Notes: generated by a model not told the origin, from the letters alone. A DNA stretch of 32,000 nucleotides from Xylella taiwanensis (GCF_013177435.1 NZ_CP053627.1:660001-692000), one strand, 5' to 3'; shown: positions 1-8,762, numbered from the stretch's first letter. A program made the numbers and translations.

Positions 1-346
1 GGCGTTCTCGCCAGTGTTCGATCCGATGCAGGATTGCAACCTCACGCTGTGCGTGCATGCCGCTGGCATCGAGTTGCTCGCGGATCGCATCAAGTGTTGT
101 GGGGTCTTCACGTCGCATGTGTTTGGCGAGAAAGGCAAGCTGGCGCTTGCGCGCAATGTGTGATGTGATCCGTTTGGCTTCGGTGATGTGCGGCAGCAGT
201 GCCTCGGGGATGGGCAGCTTGGCCAGCTGAGCCGGGGTGAGTGCTACCAGCTTCTCGGCGAGTGTTAGTACCTCCAGTGATGTGCGGCGTTGTTGGCTGC
301 GGCTGGGACTAAGGAATTCGCCGGTTTCTTTATTACATCCACGCAT
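1..346 (-). CDS. yjgA: Ribosome-associated protein YjgA/DarP (DUF615), first ~115 codons; the gene runs off the left edge
   Basis: My translation of the minus strand from ATG 346 (alternative ATG 364) stays open to position 1: [115 protein letters not shown]. This fits the DUF615 pattern. It lies divergent to pmbA as in E. coli. It is absent from the ORF track because it is edge-truncated. Confidence 0.7.
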   Translation of the reverse strand, partial: MRGCNKETGEFLSPSRSQQRRTSLEVLTLAEKLVALTPAQLAKLPIPEALLPHITEAKRITSHIARKRQLAFLAKHMRREDPTTLDAIREQLDASGMHAQREVAILHRIEHWRER

Positions 347-423
347 CGCACCATTCTTCCGCATTTGAAAATAAACTTTATCGACCGTGTACGTATGCAC
401 GCTGACTTCAACAGGATAAGACA

Positions 424-1791
424 TTGAACGCATGTTCCACAGACCTCCATAGTGTTGTTGACAGCCAGGTGCGTCTGGATGTCCTGGCGGATATTTCCCA
501 GCGGTTGCTGGAGCGCGCCCGCGCTTGTGGCGCCACCCAGGCCGAAGTGGGGTGTAGTGAGGACCGCGGGTTGGATGTGAACGTGCGTATGGGCGAGGTG
601 GAGACGGTTGAGTCCACGTGCGATCGCAGCATTGCGGTCACGCTTTATTTCGGCCAGCGTAAGGGCAGTGCCAGTACTGCTGATTTGCAAGAAGCAAGCT
701 TGGATGCCACGGTCGCCCAAGCGTGCGCTATTGCTCGTTACACCGAGGATGATCCGGCGACCGGGTTGGCTGATCCAGCGCGGATGGCAACGGTATTCCC
801 AGACCTGGACAGTTGGCACCCGTGGGCCTTGGAGGTCGGTGCTGCGCTGGATCTGGCACTCGCTTGCGAAGCAGCAGGCCGCGCCGCTGATTCGCGTATC
901 GCCAATTCTGACGGTGCTTCAGTCAGTACTCGTTTTGCTTTGTCTGTCTATGCCAACTCGCATGGTTTTGTCGGCCGCGAGCGCGTGACTCAGCATTCGA
1001 TGAGCTGCGCCTTGATCGCTGGTCAGGGCGATGGCATGCAGCGTGATGGCTGGTATACCCACGCCTTGGCGCGAGAGGATCTGGAGTCGCCGGCCGCAGT
1101 GGGACGTAAGGCGGCCGAGCGCACCGTCGCGCGGTTGCAGCCGCGTTCGCTCACCACGACTCAGTTACCAGTCTTGTTCGTTCCAGAGGTAGCACGTTCG
1201 TTGATTGGTCACCTGATCACCGCGATTTCCGGGGGGGCGTTGTATCGTGGTGCCAGTTTCCTGCTGAACAGTGTTGGGACCCGGTTGTTCCCAGAGTGGT
1301 TTGCGATTGATGAGCGCCCCCATCTGCGCCGTGGGCTTCGCTCGGCGACGTTCGATGCCGAAGGCGTAGCGACGTGCGACGCTCCTCTTGTTGCGGGCGG
1401 AGTATTGCAGCGCTATGTATTGAGCAGCTACTCGGCACGCAAACTTGGCTTGCAGACCACTGCAAATGCAGGCGGTGTGCACAATCTTCAGGTGATGGCC
1501 AATGCGACTGGTCTCGATGCCCTTGTTGTCGGATTGCCGCGTGGCTTGCTGGTGACTGAATTAATGGGCAACGGGGTGAATCCGGTGACCGGTGACTATT
1601 CGCGTGGCGCGGCTGGCTTTTGGATCGAGAATGGGGCGATTGCCTACCCGGTGGATGGTCTGACTATCGCTGGCAACCTGCGTGAGATGTTTGCTGCCAT
1701 TGAGGCGGTGGGAGCCGATGTGGATCGGCGCTCAAACGTAAGCATGGGCTCGTTGCTGATTGGGCGGATGACCGTGGCTGGTAACGATTGA
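424..1791 (+). CDS. pmbA: Metalloprotease PmbA (TldE), partner of TldD
   Basis: 455-aa ORF with a TTG start at 424. It reads as PmbA/TldD family along its whole length (...[26 protein letters not shown]...). It is divergent to yjgA. Confidence 0.9.
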   Translation: MNACSTDLHSVVDSQVRLDVLADISQRLLERARACGATQAEVGCSEDRGLDVNVRMGEVETVESTCDRSIAVTLYFGQRKGSASTADLQEASLDATVAQACAIARYTEDDPATGLADPARMATVFPDLDSWHPWALEVGAALDLALACEAAGRAADSRIANSDGASVSTRFALSVYANSHGFVGRERVTQHSMSCALIAGQGDGMQRDGWYTHALAREDLESPAAVGRKAAERTVARLQPRSLTTTQLPVLFVPEVARSLIGHLITAISGGALYRGASFLLNSVGTRLFPEWFAIDERPHLRRGLRSATFDAEGVATCDAPLVAGGVLQRYVLSSYSARKLGLQTTANAGGVHNLQVMANATGLDALVVGLPRGLLVTELMGNGVNPVTGDYSRGAAGFWIENGAIAYPVDGLTIAGNLREMFAAIEAVGADVDRRSNVSMGSLLIGRMTVAGND

Positions 1792-1849
1792 TGTCATGTC
1801 GATGTACAGCGTTTGTCTGCGGCAAATGTGGGTCCATTGCATTGCATCG

Positions 1850-2653
1850 CGTAGATGAAGCAGTGATTGAGTGAGGGAGTATGGCAGCCGCTTTTGAGAG
1901 CAGGATCTGTGCTGGATGGTGCCGTGTGTTGCCACCTTCCCTGACGAGCACATGCTCGTCATCACTGATACCGGCATGGGGTTGGACGCACTGCATTGCC
2001 CTGCTCCCGCTGAAAGACTTGCTCCAGCGGGACTACGACGTGCAGATCCTCAACGCCGCATGCTGGGGGGCAGATGCGGCATGAGCGCAGCGACTTGATG
2101 TTGTACGAATGCATAGCGTTGCCCCAAGCCGGATGGGACGATCGCGCAGGATCTGGCGACTATGCGTGATGTGCAGCGAGGTTGCCCGTACTGGTGATCC
2201 GCGACCCCTACATTCTTGACTTTCCTGGGTCTACGGCATACCTGAAGGAAGGCGACTTGGAGGCAGCCATCATCGGCGAAATAGAATCCTTCTTGCTGGT
2301 CCTGCGTCGCCCGGCAGAAGCACATCCAGATCGATGATGCGGATGTCCACCTTGACTTGCTGTTTTATCGCCGTAAGTTGCGGCAGCGGTTAGTGATGGA
2401 GCTGAAGATTGTCGAGTGCCCGGCAGCGTACCAAGGTCAGATGGCGCTGTACCTGCGCTGGCTCCACAAGCACCGACACGAGCCAGAAGAAGCCGTGTCG
2501 CTGGGCATCATCTGCTGCGTCGGCAAGAAGTGCGAGTGGATCGGATTGTTGCAACTGGATACGTCGAGCATCCACGTTGCCGAGTTCCTAACAAACGTGC
2601 TGTCGTGTGCGGTACAAGGAGCAGTTTCGAAGATCACACAAGAGAAAGCATAA
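1850..2653 (+). pseudogene. YhcG-like PDDEXK nuclease (DUF1016), frameshifted and N-terminally truncated
   Basis: Family-typical segments lie in three different frames. They include EYGSRF*EQDL..FPDE, GWTHCIALLPLKDLLQRDY, DLMLYE, IAQDLATMRD, VIRDPYILDF..LKEGDLEAAIIGEIESFLL and IDDADVHLDLLFYRRKLRQRLVMELKIVEC..YQGQMALYLRWL...PEEAVSLGIICC. There is an in-frame TGA and at least three frameshifts. Confidence 0.6.
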
Positions 2654-2779
2654 AACTTGGGAACTCCGATGCGACACGGTAGAACACCAGATGAAAATGA
2701 GTAAAAACAACGTGTCGCAGCAGTATCGCAGCAAAGTCAGCAGCGCCACCATCAGTAACTTGTAAGCACTTCTAGCCAT

Positions 2780-2870
2780 GCTGGGTTGGCCGAGCGGTGT
2801 AAGGCAGTCGTCTTGAAAACGATCGAGGGCGAGTCCCCCTCCATGAGTTTGAATCTCGCATCTACCGTCA
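2780..2870 (+). tRNA. tRNA-Ser(UGA)-like gene with a long variable arm; possibly a pseudo-tRNA
   Basis: - Hand-folded cloverleaf: acceptor gctgggt/atctacc gives 6 of 7 pairs, two of them G-U.
- D arm is GCCGAGCGGTGTAAGGC.
- Anticodon stem is gtcgt/acgat with loop cTTGAaa, anticodon TGA at 2814-2816.
- Variable stem is 5 bp, gaggg/ccctc.
- T arm is atgag-tttgaat-ctcgc.
- Deviations: a 2-71 mismatch, a 49-65 mismatch, TTTGAAT instead of TTCGAAT, and TCA instead of an encoded CCA. Confidence 0.5.
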
Positions 2871-2932
2871 TTCACCGCACTGCGCCTCGCTTGTCCTCTC
2901 GCTGTTAGGATCCCCGTAAGCTCATTCACGCT

Positions 2933-3400
2933 TCAATGCTGACTGATCAGCGTCTTGCGCATTGGCTCAAACACCCGAAGCATCCTGGCGTCGTTGTTGA
3001 GCGTCAGGGAATGCGAATTCAGGTCGTGGTGTCCGTCACGGAAGCGGTTGAACCTATCTAAGTCATTGATGAGGAAACGCATGATGCTGAGGTATTCACC
3101 CCCGTTGTGCCCATCGAAGCTGGGGAACTGCACATGCTCCCCGAACGGCGTTGCTTCCTTGGCAAGGTGCGCCTGATCTGCTGCGCCCATCGTCTCGAAT
3201 GCTGCTTTCATACATGACCACATATCGAGCACGTCCACGATGCAGTGGATGCAGCTCTGCTGGTCAGCGTGCCCGTGGAAAACGCCCGGCATTTCCCAGC
3301 CGAGTGCCCCATAGTGCCCGCCGACAATGATGTGCTTCACCAGGGCAACGTCCGTTTCTACCTCAACCCCGGTCTTCACGATGAGCGTGGCGAGCATCAT
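2933..3400 (-). CDS. YfbU-family protein (UPF0304)
   Basis: 155-aa ORF. It is collinear with remembered E. coli YfbU: QSCIHCIVDVLDMW vs ETCRTIIDIMEMY, FPSFDGHNGGEYLSIMRFLIND vs [21 protein letters not shown], and HDLNSH...ARMLRVF vs HGFNAQ...YQRMLNVW. The frame is closed by a TGA 19 codons upstream of the ATG, so the N-terminus is slightly short. Confidence 0.6.
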   Translation of the reverse strand: MMLATLIVKTGVEVETDVALVKHIIVGGHYGALGWEMPGVFHGHADQQSCIHCIVDVLDMWSCMKAAFETMGAADQAHLAKEATPFGEHVQFPSFDGHNGGEYLSIMRFLINDLDRFNRFRDGHHDLNSHSLTLNNDARMLRVFEPMRKTLISQH

Positions 3401-3531
3401 CGCAACCAGTTTCTCGTTGTCTTGCAGGTGCGGTGCACGCCCTGTGTGGTCATGTGCTCAGTCTGTCTCGCTGAACCTACGCGCCGCGTCTGTCCGTGAC
3501 GGGGTGTGGTCCTCACCTTGCCGCCCTGGTC

Positions 3532-4113
3532 GAGGTGTTCCAGAAAGTCGCTGTCAATGGGCATTTCACATCGTTCCGTAGCCATGCCGTGATGTCGTGC
3601 ATATGGCTGCAAGTCAAGCGTGGGTACGACAGGCCGTACCACGGTGCCGGCCAGTACCCTATAGGCGGTGATCGCAGCCTGTGTTGCCCCGTAGCCGACC
3701 CAGCTACGACGATGAGCACCGTGCGGCACCCGTTGCAGGCAGCGTCACGACGATGCACTTTCCCCGCGGTTGCATTGCATCTGATGAATTAAAACGTGCA
3801 TCGGTATGCTGTGGTACGGCGCGGCTTCTCCGGTTCCGTATACCTACTGCATAGGGCATCAAGCCTATCCAGCTTTTCCTGCATGGGACTCCTCGGCTAG
3901 AGAGCATGGCCAGGTCTGCTGTGTTGCGTATCGAGCCGCCTGCCACGTCTCGTTCCATTCGGGCTTCCATTGTTTCCTCACTGCGTTGGCGTCTACGGCC
4001 CAATTTCCAACATTGGGTTTGCGTGCTTCGCTGGCGTGCAGTTGGCGCATGGAGACGCGCGTTGCCTGCGTAGCTATCTTCTCTGACCGCATCCCTGTGT
4101 GTGCGGCTGTCAC
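3532..4113 (-). pseudogene. Tyrosine recombinase/integrase remnant, internally deleted and frameshifted
   Basis: The N-terminal-like piece (ORF frame 3865..4113) reads ASEARKPNVGNWAVDANAVRKQW..ETWQAARYA. Compare the IRKRGNKWQAQVRRKG....KAEAEAWA arm-binding N-termini. The C-terminal-like piece (frame 3397..3729) reads HGAHRRS...HHGMATERCEMPIDSDFLEHL. Compare HDLRH...GH..M..RYTHL..EDL. A Cys sits where the catalytic Tyr is expected. The two pieces are in different frames and only about 170 nt apart, so the central ~250 aa are missing. Confidence 0.45.
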
Positions 4114-4191
4114 TCATACTCACACTCGTGTGCCGTCCATTGGCTTGCCTGAGCATTCTGACTCGTCAGACTGTGACTGAAGCAAAGGATG

Positions 4192-4602
4192 TCATGGCCA
4201 ATGGAATGCTTTGGCGCCGAGTACGGCGGGAGTCGTCTCTATGACACGCCGGGAACGCACTTTGCCCTTGATGGCTTCAAGGAATGCTTTGAAGTGTGCG
4301 GATTCCACATGGGCTTGATAAGCCGTCTGGTTGCGGTAGACCTCGACCACATACACCTTGGTCGGATTGTCCTTATCGACGGCGCAATACATCGAAAGAA
4401 CGCCAGGCTCATCACGCACTGAAGCCTCGATATTCTTCCTGCCCGCTTCGAGGATCGGTTGCACGTCGCTGGGTGCGAGCACGAATTCAAAGATACGCAT
4501 GATGGGTGGATTGCTCTCGGCTGCCATCGCTGTCTGGCTCGCGTTCAAGAGCATCGACATGGTCATGGCGAACACTCCTATTGTCTTGGTCAAGATGTTC
4601 AT
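4192..4602 (-). CDS. Secreted ABM-domain (antibiotic biosynthesis/quinol monooxygenase-like) protein
   Basis: The ORF reads MNILTKTIGVFAMTMSMLLNASQTAMA|AES, which is signal-peptide-like. An ABM fold pattern follows (FEFVLAP....PGVLSMYCAVDKDNPTKVYVVEVYRNQTAYQAHVESAHFKAF). The ATG at 4602 is preceded by GAAGAGGA; the ORF-track TTG is at 4605. Confidence 0.7.
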   Translation of the reverse strand: MNILTKTIGVFAMTMSMLLNASQTAMAAESNPPIMRIFEFVLAPSDVQPILEAGRKNIEASVRDEPGVLSMYCAVDKDNPTKVYVVEVYRNQTAYQAHVESAHFKAFLEAIKGKVRSRRVIETTPAVLGAKAFHWP

Positions 4603-4648
4603 CAATCCTCTTCATTACTACGGCAAGCCTGCAATGATGTAAGCGTTG

Positions 4649-4852
4649 CTATGGTCGGGATGCTGCCGGATAGACCGGATTCTGGCGTACTCCGGTGAGT
4701 GTTACCAAGTGCGTTTGGGCGAGGCTGTCGAAGGTGATGCAGACCCTTCGCGGTGTGGCTGGATTGCTTTCGAGCCGGTCTATCTGACCGCCACGGGCGA
4801 TGTCGTGGCCGCTGCAGGGTGCAAAAGTCGATTCAGTGTGCTCGATAGTCCC
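4649..4852 (-). pseudogene. Cupin-domain protein remnant: start codon lost, internal deletion, 3' half missing
   Basis: The minus-strand frame reads GTIEHTESTFAPCSGHDIARGGQIDRLESNPATPRRVCITFDSLAQTHLVTLTGVRQ. It is collinear with the N-terminal half of small cupins (..WFTGTVRIDPLF.AP.PARV....VTFEPGARTAWHTHPLGQ.L.VT.G.G.VQ). The HTHPLGQ metal-site segment is absent. Confidence 0.35.
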
Positions 4853-4921
4853 TTTCTCTATTGGTCACTTCGAACTCCGCAATGGAGTCAGCGGGTACGT
4901 GGAGATATCATTTAAAGGTCG

Positions 4922-5842
4922 CTATATGTCTTGGACTTTCAGGTATTTAGGCAATTCAGCGGCAAGCATGTCGATCGCCAGCCTGCAGCGCAGTGGCAGA
5001 TACTGGGCGGCAGGCCAGACTACATGACACTCCAGCGTCGCGCCTGGACGATCCCCCCAAATGCCGATGAGTTCACCGCGTCGTATCCGTTCCCGGAGCA
5101 GCCAGTCGGGCAGCCAGGCAAGGCCCATTCCCTCGGCCGCGGTATCCGCAAGCACCTCGAGATCATCGAAGCGCAGCCGGGAAGTGACTTGAATGTTGAC
5201 CAGGGCGCCTGTCGCGTCGGGAAGCTGCCAGACCATGCCACGGTCATGGCACCAGTAGGCGAGCAGGTCGTGGTCTGCGAGATCTGCAAGCGTGCGGGGT
5301 TCGCCCCTCGCGGCCAAGTAATCGGGTGAGGCGCACAGGATCTTACGTTGGCTCCCCAGGCGGCGCGCGCGCAGCGTCGTGCCATTGCCGAGGGGCCCGC
5401 TGCGTACTGCAAGGTCGAAACCGTCGGCAATCAGGTCAACATGACGGTCGTTGAAGTTCAGTGCGAGTTCGAGCTGGGGGTGCTGGTGCGCATAGTTGCG
5501 CAGGATTGGCGCAACACAGTACCGTCCGAACAGTACCGGCAAGGACACGTGCAGCCGACCGGCTACTTCCCGCCGACCGTGCTCAAGTATGGTTTCAGCG
5601 GTGCGCAACTCCTCGATCGCACGCACGCAGCGTTCGTAATACTGCTGGCCTTCTTCGGTGAGGGCCTGTGTCCTCGTCGTCCGTTGAAAAAGCTGGACGC
5701 CGAGCCGCACTTCCAAGCGCGCGATGGCCTTACCGACTGCCGAGCGCGTCAGTGAAAGCCGTTCACCTGCTTTGGTGAAGCCGCCGGCCTCGACGACCTC
5801 AACGAATAGCTGCACGCCATCGAACATGTCCCGCATGCTCAT
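4922..5842 (-). CDS. LysR-family transcriptional regulator
   Basis: The N-terminal HTH reads FVEVVEAGGFTKAGERLSLTRSAVGKAIARLEVRLGVQLFQRTTR, followed by a full-length effector domain. It is divergent to the flavodoxin-like gene. Start candidates are ATG 5842 and 5836; the ORF-track GTG is at 5854. Confidence 0.9.
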   Translation of the reverse strand: MSMRDMFDGVQLFVEVVEAGGFTKAGERLSLTRSAVGKAIARLEVRLGVQLFQRTTRTQALTEEGQQYYERCVRAIEELRTAETILEHGRREVAGRLHVSLPVLFGRYCVAPILRNYAHQHPQLELALNFNDRHVDLIADGFDLAVRSGPLGNGTTLRARRLGSQRKILCASPDYLAARGEPRTLADLADHDLLAYWCHDRGMVWQLPDATGALVNIQVTSRLRFDDLEVLADTAAEGMGLAWLPDWLLRERIRRGELIGIWGDRPGATLECHVVWPAAQYLPLRCRLAIDMLAAELPKYLKVQDI

Positions 5843-5881
5843 ATCCTCACACACATCATTGTAGAAATTTAGGAAGCATTG

Positions 5882-5899
5882 AGTGGAAATATATCCACT
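5882..5899. promoter_or_regulatory. Dyad AGTGGA-N6-TCCACT, candidate LysR-type operator in the divergent intergenic region
   Basis: agtggaaatatatccact has perfect 6-bp arms. It lies about 40 nt upstream of the regulator start. A further AGTGG half-site is at 5925-5929. This is the usual position for LTTR recognition and activation sites. Confidence 0.35.
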
Positions 5900-6014
5900 A
5901 TTGTTGATTAAAATTCTGCTTTATAGTGGCTGACAAGCAAACGGAACTTTGGAAAGTGCTCAGGATCTTCCTCATTTCCGCTTTCTAAAGAACGTGTACA
6001 TAAGGGTGAGATAA

Positions 6015-6584
6015 ATGTTGATTTCGATCGTATATGACAGCGGTTATGGACACACCGCACGGGTTGCTGAGGCCGTTGCGGCAGGTGTCCGGGAAATACA
6101 AAGCGCCAACGTCAGGCTCATGGCCGTTGCCGACGGACCGGTGGACTGGGAGATTCTGGAAAAGAGTGAAGCGATCGTTTTCGGTTCGCCAACCTATAAC
6201 GGCCTGATCAGTGCGAAGCTCAAGCAGTTCTTCGAGGATTCCACCAAGCCAGCTTGGGTGGCGCAGAAATGGCGCAACAAGATCGCCGCTGGCTTCACCA
6301 ATTCTGGAGCACAGCATGGCGATAAGCTCAACTCGCTTGTGTCGATGGTGTTGTTCGCGGCTCAGCATGGAATGATCTGGGTGGGACTCGACCTGATGCC
6401 TGGTCACAGCAGCAGTACTGGCAGCTCTGACGATCTCAACCGCATCGGAAGTTGGCTCGGTGTGATGACGCAGGCCAATAACAACGAGTCTCCGGAGATC
6501 GCGCCGCCCGCCAGCGATTTGAAGACGGCGCAGCATCTCGGCCGGCGTGTGGCGGAGACCGTGCGCCGCTTTCAGCCCGTGTGA
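6015..6584 (+). CDS. Flavodoxin-like NAD(P)H:quinone oxidoreductase family protein (WrbA-like fold)
   Basis: 189 aa reading MLISIVYDSGYGHTARVAEAVAAG...AIVFGSPTYNGLISAKLKQFFD. AAGGGTGAG lies ahead of the ATG. Confidence 0.75.
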   Translation: MLISIVYDSGYGHTARVAEAVAAGVREIQSANVRLMAVADGPVDWEILEKSEAIVFGSPTYNGLISAKLKQFFEDSTKPAWVAQKWRNKIAAGFTNSGAQHGDKLNSLVSMVLFAAQHGMIWVGLDLMPGHSSSTGSSDDLNRIGSWLGVMTQANNNESPEIAPPASDLKTAQHLGRRVAETVRRFQPV

Positions 6585-6621
6585 CCCGTTGTACCCCAAT
6601 CCCTAATCAAGGAGTTAAAAC

Positions 6622-6921
6622 ATGAAACTGCTGTGTCTTGACGTTCCCCAGCCCGGTGCGAGTCTGGAGAAATACCAGCCGTACATGCTGGATGAAGCCC
6701 GCCACGCCTGGAAGATGTACAAGGGCGGTATCATCCGCGACATCTATTTCCGACAAGACCGCCCCGGTGTGGCCATCATTGCGGAAGCTGAGTCCGTCGA
6801 TGCCGCCAGAAAGCTGCTTGCCAAGTTTCCTCTCGCCGAGGCCGGATTGATCGATTGGGAAGTGATTCCGTTGGGCCCTTTCATGGGCTGGGAAGCGCTT
6901 TTTACTGCTGGTAACGCTTGA
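6622..6921 (+). CDS. Small dimeric alpha/beta-barrel protein, muconolactone delta-isomerase-like
   Basis: 99 aa with a strong AAGGAG SD. It resembles MIase-family small proteins (...IRDIYFRQDRPGVAIIAEAESVDAARKLLAKFPLAEAGLIDWEVIPLGPF). The function is not inferable. Confidence 0.5.
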   Translation: MKLLCLDVPQPGASLEKYQPYMLDEARHAWKMYKGGIIRDIYFRQDRPGVAIIAEAESVDAARKLLAKFPLAEAGLIDWEVIPLGPFMGWEALFTAGNA

Positions 6922-7009
6922 GATCTGAGCGTGCCATGTTGGTTTCCGGCCACGTTGCAGTGGCGTGGCTGGTTGGCAACCCTGGTACGAAAATGAAGGA
7001 ATACACACC

Positions 7010-8068
7010 ATGCATGTCATGAGTTTCGCCGCTCAATCGGCTACCGGCCCGCTCGAACAGTTCGCTTTCGAACGGCGCGTGCCGAGGTCGGATGACGTCG
7101 TCATCGATATCCTCTATTGCGGTGTCTGCCACACCGATCTGCATCTTGCTCGTAACCACAGCGGCTTTACGACGTATCCGATCGTGCCTGGCCACGAGAT
7201 CATCGGGCGTGTACGCGAGATCGGTGAGACAGTCACCCGCTTCAAGGCTGGCGATTTGGTCGGTGTCGGCTGCATGGTTGATTCTTGTCAGCACTGCCAG
7301 CCTTGCCTCAAAGGGTGGGAGCAGGACTGCATTGAAGGTGCGACCTTCACTTATAACAGCGCTGATCGGCAGGACGGCAGTATCACCTATGGCGGCTATT
7401 CGGATGCCATTGTCGTGCGCGATAAGTTTGTACTGTCGTTGCCTGATGGTCTCGATCCAGCCGGAGCCGCACCGTTACTCTGCGCCGGCATCACCACTTG
7501 GTCGCCGCTGCGCCGCTGGAATGTTGACAAAGACAGCAAGGTTGCCGTGGTCGGTCTCGGCGGCCTCGGGCACATGGCTTTGAAGCTGGCCAAGGCTCTT
7601 GGTGCCGACGTAACCCTGTTCACATGTTCCGCTGGTAAAGAGGAAGATGCATTGCGTCTCGGAGCTGATCATGTTGTGCTGTCGGGCGATCTGGAGCAGA
7701 TGAAAGCTGTCTACGGTCGCTTTGACGTCATCATCGACACCGTTCCTTATGACCACGACGTCAATCCTTACATGCCTACCCTGGCACTGGAAGGTGTACT
7801 TGTACTCGTCGGCTATATGGGACCGCTCAGCACGCCGGTGAATGCTGGAGGTGTGGTACGTGGCCGCAGGGCCATTTCGGGGTCCTTCATCGGCGGCGTG
7901 CCTGAAACCCAGCAGATGCTCGATTTCTGTGGACAGCACGGCATCGTCTCTGACGTCGAGATCATCCCCATCCAGAAAATCAACGCAGCCTATGAGCGCA
8001 TGTTGAAGAGTGACGTCAAGTATCGTTTCGTCATCGACATGGCTTCGCTTACATCATTAGGAGACTGA
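7010..8068 (+). CDS. Zn-dependent NADP alcohol/aldehyde dehydrogenase, YahK/cinnamyl-ADH type
   Basis: It is collinear with remembered E. coli YahK: CGVCHTDLH, PGHEIIGRV, GDLVGVGCMVDSCQHCQPC, APLLCAGITTWSPL, VVGLGGLGHMALKLA and DVKYRFVID. I refined the start to ATG 7010 behind GAAGGA; the ORF-track start at 6965 is upstream. Confidence 0.85.
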   Translation: MHVMSFAAQSATGPLEQFAFERRVPRSDDVVIDILYCGVCHTDLHLARNHSGFTTYPIVPGHEIIGRVREIGETVTRFKAGDLVGVGCMVDSCQHCQPCLKGWEQDCIEGATFTYNSADRQDGSITYGGYSDAIVVRDKFVLSLPDGLDPAGAAPLLCAGITTWSPLRRWNVDKDSKVAVVGLGGLGHMALKLAKALGADVTLFTCSAGKEEDALRLGADHVVLSGDLEQMKAVYGRFDVIIDTVPYDHDVNPYMPTLALEGVLVLVGYMGPLSTPVNAGGVVRGRRAISGSFIGGVPETQQMLDFCGQHGIVSDVEIIPIQKINAAYERMLKSDVKYRFVIDMASLTSLGD

Positions 8069-8072
8069 AACC

Positions 8073-8762
8073 ATGACCAATCACATCAAACCCATCCTGT
8101 GCGTAGTGACCAGCCATCCGATTCGGGGCGACAGCGGCGAGCCTACAGGGTTTGCGATGGTCGAGCTCACCCATCCGCTTGAGGTCTTCGAAGCGGCGGG
8201 TATCCCGGTGGAGATCGCTTCCATCCGTGGCGGCCACCCGCCGATCGACTTTTTTGACCTTTCCGACCCAGTCAACGCCCGCTTTTGGAAGCACCAAGCG
8301 TTCCGTGATGCGCTGGCCCACTCGCTCGTTCTCGGCGATCTCGATCCGTCGCGTTACGCGGCGGTCTTCTTTGTCGGTGGTCATGGCACGATGTGGGACT
8401 TTGCCGACAGTCTGGCAGTGCAGAAGGTGATCCGTGATATCTGGGAAAGCGGAGGTATTGTTGCCGCGGTGTGTCACGGTCCTGCTGCCTTAGTGAACGC
8501 AACACTCTCCGATGGCAGTTACCTTGTCGCCGGTAAGAAGGTTGCGGCTTTCACCGACGCGGAGGAGACCGAGGTCAAGTACGCCAATGTCGTGCCTTAT
8601 TTGCTGGCAAGCACGCTTAAGCAGCGCGGTGCGTTACACCAGCCCGCACCCAATTGGGCCAAAAATGTTGTGATCGATGGACGCCTCATCACCGGCCAGA
8701 ATCCAGCCTCGGCGCACGGTGTTGGCCAGGGGGTCGTCGACCAGCTCAAGGTCAGGGCCTGA
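8073..8762 (+). CDS. DJ-1/PfpI-family (type 1 glutamine amidotransferase-like) protein
   Basis: 229 aa with the nucleophile-elbow context GGIVAAVCHGPAAL, plus FFVGGHGTMWDF and GRLITGQNPAS. Confidence 0.8.
   Translation: MTNHIKPILCVVTSHPIRGDSGEPTGFAMVELTHPLEVFEAAGIPVEIASIRGGHPPIDFFDLSDPVNARFWKHQAFRDALAHSLVLGDLDPSRYAAVFFVGGHGTMWDFADSLAVQKVIRDIWESGGIVAAVCHGPAALVNATLSDGSYLVAGKKVAAFTDAEETEVKYANVVPYLLASTLKQRGALHQPAPNWAKNVVIDGRLITGQNPASAHGVGQGVVDQLKVRA

Noticed and set aside
265-819. 184-aa minus-strand ORF, plus nested ORFs, overlapping the start of pmbA
   Set aside because: It is antisense to a well-supported pmbA gene and in a different frame from the real yjgA reading. It has the Arg/Pro-rich composition typical of wrong-frame ORFs in GC-rich DNA.
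2588-2929. 113-aa minus-strand ORF containing a hydrophobic stretch (MVALLTLLRYCCDTLFLLIFIW), considered as a small membrane toxin
   Set aside because: It runs antisense through the tRNA-like gene and the 3' end of the YhcG remnant. It has no SD and no family resemblance.
3704-4156. 150-aa minus-strand ORF in the 3.4-4.2 kb region as a possible real gene
   Set aside because: It is Arg/Ser-rich with a wrong-frame look. The recognisable integrase-like segments lie in the other two frames, so the region is better explained as a decayed integrase.
4157-4170. Palindrome tctgac-tc-gtcaga just downstream of the ABM gene, considered as a terminator
   Set aside because: The 2-nt loop is sterically implausible and no U-run follows on the minus strand.
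5985-6599. 204-aa minus-strand ORF opposite the flavodoxin-like gene, with similar antisense ORFs at 9805..10413, 10558..10974, 22414..22848 and 7475..7939
   Set aside because: Each is antisense to a gene with clear family similarity, and none shows a recognisable motif.
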